Shown here in pieces: positions 32,625-38,672 of a stretch of DNA of 38,672 nt. Position 1 is the first letter of the stretch. Each line of letters opens with the position of its first letter. The stretch lies in the IMG/VR virus record IMGVR_UViG_3300024309_000065, positions 1 through 38,672 of that record. One strand, written 5' to 3'. Source of the DNA: a virus (Duplodnaviria > Caudoviricetes). Position numbers and translations under genes: made by a program. The notes under the pieces were generated by a model. The model was not told where the DNA came from and did not search any database. It worked only from the letters and a program-made list of their open reading frames with translations.

Positions 32625-33752
32625 TTAGGGGCGCTCACCGAAGGTGATGTTTTCGGCCATGACCATGAAATCGGTATCCTCGATCACATAGCCCTCGTTG
32701 ACGCTGTTGTAGTCGACCAGGGACGCCTTGTTTTCCGGCTCATCCTTGATGTAGCGGCGGCGCGAACCTTCCTGATAATAGAGCGAGAGGTTCGATCCGT
32801 CGGTCGCGCCGGCGGGTGCCAGCGGCGTGACGACCATGGTCCCTTCGGGGAAGAAAGGCACGATTGCGGCCGGGCGCCCGCCGATCTGCTTGGACGACAT
32901 GACGATGTCGGACACCGTCTGATCGCTGGTCGACTTCCCGCCGTCGATCGTGTCCGCCAGCGGGCGGTTGACCATGGGGAAATATTTCTCGTCGATCATG
33001 TCCTGGCTGACCAGCACGACATGATCGGTCGAGCTGCGCGCCCAGGATGGCATGCCGGCGATCAGGTCATAGGCCAGCGCGTCGATATTCTTGTAGTCGC
33101 CGGCAGCATGATCGGCGTCCGGGCCGATATAGATGGGCGCAGCGGCACCGGTGGCCGTGGTGACGCCGCCCGTGGTGACCATTGCGCGGCCGAGAACATG
33201 ATCCGGCTTTTCCAGGCGCAGCTTCTGCAGCCAGCCGATGTTGACGTCTTCGCCCAGCGGGTTGTCTTCCGGATCAGTGTCATCCGCCGCAGCGACGCCA
33301 TTCCACCCGACCATGATGCGGCTGAGCGCGACCGAGATCGCAACCTGCCGGGCATAGCGCTGCGCGAAGTCAGGGAAACGCGACCAGGCGTCGATGATTT
33401 CCCAAGGCAGCCAGGTGTCGAATTCTGTGTCATGCAGCTGGAACTTACGGTCCTGCAGGTTGCCGACATATTTCGGCTTGCGCGGCAGGTTGCTGCGCGA
33501 GGTCCGGCTAGCGATCAGGTTCTTGGCGTTCATGCCGATCACCTGGCCGATCATGTCGCGCACCGGCATGATGTTGACGCGCTGGAGGAAGCCGACATTT
33601 TCGCGCTGCAGATCCTCCAGGCGCTGTTCAGCGGTGGGATCGAGTGCGAACTGATGCTGGACGCCGCGCGATGCGCCATTCAGCTGCGCAATGGCCGTGA
33701 ACATGCCATCGAGCGCCCGGCGGCCGCGATCCGAAAGAGTGTATTTCGCCAT
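32625..33752 (-). CDS. N: Major capsid protein gpN
   Basis: IMVGWNG, NPLGEDVNIGWLQKLR, NLSLYYQEGSRRR, SVNEGYVIED. Confidence 0.95.
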   Translation of the reverse strand: MAKYTLSDRGRRALDGMFTAIAQLNGASRGVQHQFALDPTAEQRLEDLQRENVGFLQRVNIMPVRDMIGQVIGMNAKNLIASRTSRSNLPRKPKYVGNLQDRKFQLHDTEFDTWLPWEIIDAWSRFPDFAQRYARQVAISVALSRIMVGWNGVAAADDTDPEDNPLGEDVNIGWLQKLRLEKPDHVLGRAMVTTGGVTTATGAAAPIYIGPDADHAAGDYKNIDALAYDLIAGMPSWARSSTDHVVLVSQDMIDEKYFPMVNRPLADTIDGGKSTSDQTVSDIVMSSKQIGGRPAAIVPFFPEGTMVVTPLAPAGATDGSNLSLYYQEGSRRRYIKDEPENKASLVDYNSVNEGYVIEDTDFMVMAENITFGERP

Positions 33753-33798
33753 GTAGAATTTCCTTGGCAGTTAGGCGGTTGTCGGGGGCTGGGCTGGG

Positions 33799-34635
33799 TT
33801 AGAAGATGTTGGAATAGTCGCCGGCCTTGCCGTCCGATGCCGGGCGGCGGTGATAGGTTTTGGAAGGCGTGTCCTCTTTCTCTTCGGACAGCTTCTTGAA
33901 CTGCAGGGTGAGGCCGTCGATCTCGCCCCGGAACTCGTTGCGTATCGCGCTCATTTCCGTCGCGATCGTCTTGGTAAGCCCTTCGAACAGCGGCTGCATC
34001 GCGGAGAAATCGAACGGAGCGGCCGCATCTTCCTTGGCCGGCGGGGTGGGCTTTTCTTCCGGCTTGGGCGCTGCGAACTTCGCGGCGAAATCATCGAACA
34101 GGCCCTTGAGGCCGGTCAGGAAGGTGGCGCCGTCCTGATCGCCCTTGTCCTCCGCAAATTCCAGCAGCGCGCTTTCGTCGCGGGAGAAGTTGAGGACGCC
34201 GGGGCGGGCGCGGTTGAACTGCAGGCGCTCGGTCGCGATCGACGCCGGGCTGTCGGTGAGCGCGCAGCCCATCAGATAGGCGAAGCCCTTGCCCGCGAAA
34301 TTGTCCTCGATCTCGATCGAGGGATAGACCTTCTGGCTGGCGTCGTTCAACGCCTTGGCATCGCCGGTAACGTCGAAGGTGCCATAGAGGCCCAGGCGCT
34401 TTTCGTCCTTGCCGTTGAAATTGACGGTCACTTCGGCGGTCGACAGTTCCAGCACATCGCCATAGGCCTTGAACGGCTTCTCGCCGGAAATGCCCCGGAT
34501 ATGCTCGATGTTGAGGCGGGCGCCATAGGTCTTGGGATCATAGCTGGAGGCCATTTCCTTCAGCATCTTCTCATCGATCGTGCGGCCGTCGACGGTCGAA
34601 CCGGCGGTGGCGAGCAGGAAAGGCTTGGTCTTCAT
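33799..34635 (-). CDS. O: Capsid scaffolding protein/protease gpO
   Basis: AGSTVDGRTI, YGARLNIEH, QKVYPSIE, LTDSPAS. Confidence 0.95.
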   Translation of the reverse strand: MKTKPFLLATAGSTVDGRTIDEKMLKEMASSYDPKTYGARLNIEHIRGISGEKPFKAYGDVLELSTAEVTVNFNGKDEKRLGLYGTFDVTGDAKALNDASQKVYPSIEIEDNFAGKGFAYLMGCALTDSPASIATERLQFNRARPGVLNFSRDESALLEFAEDKGDQDGATFLTGLKGLFDDFAAKFAAPKPEEKPTPPAKEDAAAPFDFSAMQPLFEGLTKTIATEMSAIRNEFRGEIDGLTLQFKKLSEEKEDTPSKTYHRRPASDGKAGDYSNIF

Positions 34636-34707
34636 GTGTCGGCTCCGTGTCGGCGGGGGCTTTTCCGCTTTCGTCAGATGGACGAAGAGCCGATTGGGAG
34701 GCTTCTA

Positions 34708-34756
34708 GGCAACGCGCGGGCGCGGTAGCATCGTCTGCTACCTGTGGACCCCTTCG
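34708..34756. promoter_or_regulatory. Putative divergent late promoter pair (gpO / gpP) sharing one dyad
   Basis: GGTAGCA-TCGTC-TGCTACC 34724-34742 (GGT-N13-ACC); CTTCG on the P side, TTGCC (minus strand) on the O side. Confidence 0.7.
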
Positions 34757-34790
34757 ACAGCAGGGCCGGAAGTGGGTGGATGGCAGGACG

Positions 34791-36725
34791 ATGGCCTGCC
34801 CGACCACCATAGACCCTGACGAAGATCGCGCCATCCGGCGACAGCTGGGCCGTGCCCAGCGCCGCGAGGCGCGCTCGCTCTACTGGCGGGGCTGGCCGAT
34901 CAAGGACATCGCCGAAGAGCTGGCGTTGCCCAACGGCACCATTTCCAGCTGGAAGAACCGCGACCGGTGGGATGAGGATCCGCCGGTGGCCGTGATCAAC
35001 GACCGGCTCGAAGCCAAGATCGCCGCCTATCTGGACAAGCCCGAGCTGGCGGAAGGGGACATGAAGCGCATCGACTTCCTGATGCGCCAGATGGAGCGAT
35101 CCGCCCGGATCCAGAAATATGCCGAGACCGGCAAGGAGGGCGACCTCAACGGCAAGATCGCGGCGCGTAACGACGACAAGGCGAAGGCCAAGCGGGAGGA
35201 GAAACGCCGTAATTTCCTGACGCTCGACCAGTGGCAGGCGTTGCTGGACGACTTCCACAAGCGCAATTTCGGCTATCAGGAATTGTGGTGGGAGCAGCGC
35301 GACCAGCGCACCCGCAAGATCCGGAAAAGCCGGCAGGTCGGCGCGACATGGTATTTCGCCCGCGAGGCGCTGGCCAAGGTCGCCGAAGCCGTGCTGGCCG
35401 GCGCCGGGCGCGACGAGCTGGCGCTCGACGAGGCGCCGCGCAACCAAATCTTCCTGTCGGCCTCCGAGCGCCAGGCGCTCAAGTTCCGGCGTGAAATCGT
35501 CAGCTGGGTGCGGCGGGTCACTGGCGTCGAGCTGAAGGGCAAGATCCTGATGCTCGATTTCGCCGGGCAATATCCGGCGGACGAGGAGGGCGACGCGACC
35601 GGCCCGGCGCTCGACCAGGTCGGCTTCTACTTCCTGTCGACCAACAGCGCGACGGCGCAGGGCGAGAGCGGCGACCTTTATTTCGATGAATATGCGTGGG
35701 TGCATGGCTTTGCGGAACTGAACCGCGTGGCCAGCGCCATGACGACGCACAAGATCTACAAGGAGACCTATTTCTCCACGCCGTCGACCAAGACGCACGA
35801 AAGCTATGCCTTCTGGTCGGGCGAGGAATGGAACGGCGGCAGGGCCAAGGGCGACCAGCGGCCGTTCGATATCAGCCTCAAAAATCTGCGCCATGGCGCG
35901 ATCATGCCGGACGGCAGCTGGCAGCATTGCCTGACCATCCATGACGCCTGTGCCATGGGCCTCGACGCGCTGGTCGATATCGCCATGCAGCGCGCCAAAT
36001 ATTCGGAAGAGGCGTTCCGCAGCCTCTATGAATGCGAGGATATCGACGACAGCGAGAGCAGCTTCCCCTACGCCCGCGTGAACCCGGCGCGGGTCGACAG
36101 CTTCCTGAAATGGCGCGATTTCAAGCCGGCGCTGATCGACATTCCCGGCGCCCGGCCGTTCGCCGAGCTGCCGGTGTGGCTGGGCTATGACCCCAACAAG
36201 CAGGGGCGCGACGACGCCGCGCTGGTGGTGGTGGCGCCGCCGACCGATCAGGGCCGGGGCAAGTTCCGTGTGCTGGAGAAGATCCGGCTCAACAATCTCG
36301 ATTTTCAGGGCCAGGCCGACAAGCTCCGCGAGGTGGCGGCCCGCTACAACGTCACCGACATCGCGATCGACACGACCGGCAGCGGCCAGGCCGTCTATGA
36401 GCTGGTGTGCAACTGGTTCCCGCTCGCCCGGCGGATCGAATATTCGGTGGCGAGCAAGACGGCCCTGGTCATCAAGGCCCAGAGCATCTTCCGCGCCCAG
36501 CGCATCGAATTCGACGCTGGCTGGACCGACCTGATGCAGGCGTTGATGGCGATCCGTCCGACCATGACCGCCAGCGGCAAGGGCGTCACCTATGTCGCCA
36601 AGCGCAACGGGCAGATCGGCCACGCGGATCTCGCCTGGGCACTGTTGCACGCGCTTTCCAACGAACCCCTCGACGTCGGCAGCGCCAGCGAGGCGACCGG
36701 CGGCACCATCCGCTTTTCTGACTAG
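34791..36725 (+). CDS. P: Terminase large ATPase subunit gpP
   Basis: N-terminal HTH (SWKNRDRW), KSRQVGATWYFARE, LYFDE, FSTPS, GYDP, GHADLAWA. Confidence 0.96.
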   Translation: MACPTTIDPDEDRAIRRQLGRAQRREARSLYWRGWPIKDIAEELALPNGTISSWKNRDRWDEDPPVAVINDRLEAKIAAYLDKPELAEGDMKRIDFLMRQMERSARIQKYAETGKEGDLNGKIAARNDDKAKAKREEKRRNFLTLDQWQALLDDFHKRNFGYQELWWEQRDQRTRKIRKSRQVGATWYFAREALAKVAEAVLAGAGRDELALDEAPRNQIFLSASERQALKFRREIVSWVRRVTGVELKGKILMLDFAGQYPADEEGDATGPALDQVGFYFLSTNSATAQGESGDLYFDEYAWVHGFAELNRVASAMTTHKIYKETYFSTPSTKTHESYAFWSGEEWNGGRAKGDQRPFDISLKNLRHGAIMPDGSWQHCLTIHDACAMGLDALVDIAMQRAKYSEEAFRSLYECEDIDDSESSFPYARVNPARVDSFLKWRDFKPALIDIPGARPFAELPVWLGYDPNKQGRDDAALVVVAPPTDQGRGKFRVLEKIRLNNLDFQGQADKLREVAARYNVTDIAIDTTGSGQAVYELVCNWFPLARRIEYSVASKTALVIKAQSIFRAQRIEFDAGWTDLMQALMAIRPTMTASGKGVTYVAKRNGQIGHADLAWALLHALSNEPLDVGSASEATGGTIRFSD

Positions 36726-36735
36726 GAGCCATTGA

Positions 36736-37818
36736 ATGACCGACATCGTCCAGACCGAAGCGGTCGAGCAGGTGGAAGCCGACGAGGTCCATCATCCCGC
36801 TCAGGTCTTTTCCTTCGGCGATACCGAGAGCGTTCTCGATCGCCGCGAACTCGCCCAATATTTCGAGATCTGGCACAATGGCCGCTGGTATGAGCCGCCG
36901 TTGCCGATGGGCAAGCTGGCCCAGACCTTCAACATGGCGCCCTATCACCGCAGCGCGGTGGCGCTGAAGGTCAATTTGCTGGTGGCGCAGCAGATCCCGT
37001 CACGATGGCTGAGCGCCGACAGTTTCGAGCGGTTCGCGCTGGATTTCGTTCAGATGGGCAATGGCTATCTGGAATGGGTGCCCAACATGGCCGGGCGCCT
37101 GGCCAAGATCGACCATGCGCCGGCGATCCATACCCGCGCCGGGGTGGAGCCGGATGTCTATTGGTTCGTGAATGGGCCGATGGGCAGTATCCATCAGTTC
37201 CAGCGGGGCCATATTTTCCACCTGCAGCAGCCCGACGTCGCCCAGGAGGTCTATGGCATGCCGGAATGGCTATCGGCGCTGCAGGCCGGTCTGCTGAGCG
37301 AGAATGCGACGCTGTTCCGTCGCCGCTACTATCTCAATGGCGCGCATGCGGGCTTCGTCTTCTATGTCAGCGAGCCGCTGGCCGATCAGAAGACCGTCGA
37401 CCAGCTGGAGGACAAGCTGCGTTCGGCCAAGGGCGTCGGCAACTTCAAGAATGTCCTGGTCTATATCCCCAAGGGCAAGAAGGACGGCATCCAGATCATG
37501 CCGATCGCCGACGTCACGGCGAAGGATGAATTTTCGAGCGTGAAGAATATCAGCCGCGACGACATGCTGGCCGCGCACCGGACGCCGCCGCAGCTGATTG
37601 GCGTCATCCCGCAGAATAATGGCGGCCTGGGCAGCGTGAAGGACGCGAGAGACGCCTATTATGAGACGGAGATCGTGCCAATCGCCACACGCATGCTGCG
37701 CGCCAATGCATGGTTCGGCAGCCAGGTGCTGGCCTTTGCCGACTATGTGCTGAGCGATGGATCGATCATCCGGCAGCAGGGGGACCGGTTTGTGAAGCTG
37801 CCTGCCGGCGCGCGCTAA
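36736..37818 (+). CDS. Q: Portal protein gpQ (PBSX family)
   Basis: WYEPP, QEVYGMPEW, FRRRYYLNGAHAG, AAHRTPPQLIG. Confidence 0.96.
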   Translation: MTDIVQTEAVEQVEADEVHHPAQVFSFGDTESVLDRRELAQYFEIWHNGRWYEPPLPMGKLAQTFNMAPYHRSAVALKVNLLVAQQIPSRWLSADSFERFALDFVQMGNGYLEWVPNMAGRLAKIDHAPAIHTRAGVEPDVYWFVNGPMGSIHQFQRGHIFHLQQPDVAQEVYGMPEWLSALQAGLLSENATLFRRRYYLNGAHAGFVFYVSEPLADQKTVDQLEDKLRSAKGVGNFKNVLVYIPKGKKDGIQIMPIADVTAKDEFSSVKNISRDDMLAAHRTPPQLIGVIPQNNGGLGSVKDARDAYYETEIVPIATRMLRANAWFGSQVLAFADYVLSDGSIIRQQGDRFVKLPAGAR

Positions 37819-37850
37819 AAATTGCCTGTAATCGGCTCAGGTTGGGAGAA

Positions 37851-38672
37851 CTAAAGGTATTTGTAAGTTAATGAGAGCAAGGCGATCACCCCTGCCGCTG
37901 TTGGCCAACATATACCTAAGTAAACTAGACTAATGCAGGCATCTGATCGGTCCCATCGTAAGCGATCTTCTGCCTTTCCAACCAAGCCTGGAAACTGATT
38001 TTCAAAATTATCAACGAATATTGATAGGCGCTTGTTCAATTCTGAAAAATGTTCATCCATCGCTGATGTCGTCAAACTGAGCCTACTGTTTGCAGTGTTT
38101 ATCAAATCAACTGCCGAGGACCTCGCAAAATTCTCGATATGCAGGCTAACTATACCGGAGATATCAAACTTTTCGGTGCCTTCTCTCTCGCCATCATTGA
38201 CAGAGCCTGTATCGACAGGATTTATCCGCAACTCCCTCAACTTCGGCTCAAAAACATCTGTATAAATATCATTTTGATCCTTGAACGGATAGAACGGATT
38301 TTGCGACGATACCACTAAGAAGTCTGACTTATAGCTCTCCATTTGCTTTTTTAGTTGATTTACCAAGATATAAAAATCATTTGCCTGCAAAGCTAAAAAA
38401 TTCATCAGATCTGCGTGCTGACCTTTAATTTTACGATATTTTTTCTTTGGACCATTACACCATTCAACGTAGAGTGCGATCCAGCAATAAATTGCAAGAA
38501 CTACAAGCATGTATTGTAGCGACAAAATATTCAATTTTTCAAAATTTATACCGAAGATGCTTAGCGTAGACGATGGTGGAGCAAAGCAAGACAAGAACAA
38601 TGCCCCAGATGCTAGAAGGCTGTTTCTATGCAATCCCCAATACTCGCTCGTGATTTCTGGGCTCTCCGACAC
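37851..38672 (-). CDS. AT-rich moron membrane protein (2 N-terminal TM, coiled coil, C-terminal TM); may extend past the window edge
   Basis: 273-aa ORF in DNA that is sharply more AT-rich than the phage backbone; convergent with gpQ. Confidence 0.7.
   Translation of the reverse strand: MSESPEITSEYWGLHRNSLLASGALFLSCFAPPSSTLSIFGINFEKLNILSLQYMLVVLAIYCWIALYVEWCNGPKKKYRKIKGQHADLMNFLALQANDFYILVNQLKKQMESYKSDFLVVSSQNPFYPFKDQNDIYTDVFEPKLRELRINPVDTGSVNDGEREGTEKFDISGIVSLHIENFARSSAVDLINTANSRLSLTTSAMDEHFSELNKRLSIFVDNFENQFPGLVGKAEDRLRWDRSDACISLVYLGICWPTAAGVIALLSLTYKYL

Larger units (their letters stand above)
1209..38672. mobile_element. P2-like temperate prophage (contractile tail); the right att end is outside the window
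   Basis: Integrase/xis at a tRNA junction, cI/cro switch, ogr, and a complete P2-type head (Q,P,O,N,M,L), tail (X,R,S,V,W,J,I,H,FI,FII,E,E',T,U,D) and lysis gene set with no frameshifts seen. Confidence 0.97.

Noticed and set aside
34674-36746. 690-aa minus-strand ORF
   Set aside because: Antisense shadow of the terminase gene, expected in high-GC3 DNA; the same applies to most long overlapping ORFs in the track (e.g. 2531-3850, 32496-33899, 14516-15823)
37819-38672. cos site or right att site
   Set aside because: No P2-like cos sequence or second tRNA-Val segment recognised; probably beyond the window

Overview
The window is a GC-rich, probably alphaproteobacterial (sphingomonad-like, inferred) chromosomal segment. 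After one host gene (a PL5/AlgL-type alginate lyase), the rest of the window (about 37.5 kb) is an apparently intact P2-like (Peduovirus-type, phiCTX-like layout) myovirus prophage. It is integrated in the anticodon loop of a tRNA-Val(TAC). Only the 5' half of that tRNA remains at this end, and the other att end lies beyond the window. Gene order: int, xis, early accessory genes (DNA MTase, ASCH, several small ORFs), primase-helicase, ogr, cII-like, cro and cI; then a co-oriented HIRAN / WYL-TerB / FRG cassette behind cI; then D-U-T-E'E-FII-FI-W-V, lysis genes, a receptor-binding cluster (LamG-like, SGNH esterase, Tfa, H, 985-aa tailspike), I-J-S-R-X-L-M-N-O, P-Q, and an AT-rich membrane-protein moron. 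Most notable: (1) the HIRAN + WYL-TerB + FRG cassette, a candidate lysogen-expressed defence or DNA-damage system; (2) integration that leaves the tRNA 5' half on the host-promoter side; (3) five copies of a non-canonical late-promoter dyad GGT-N13-ACC; (4) a possible peptide plug-and-socket system for adding tailspikes via a duplicated gpI C-terminal motif. All product calls come from motif recognition and synteny, not database searches.
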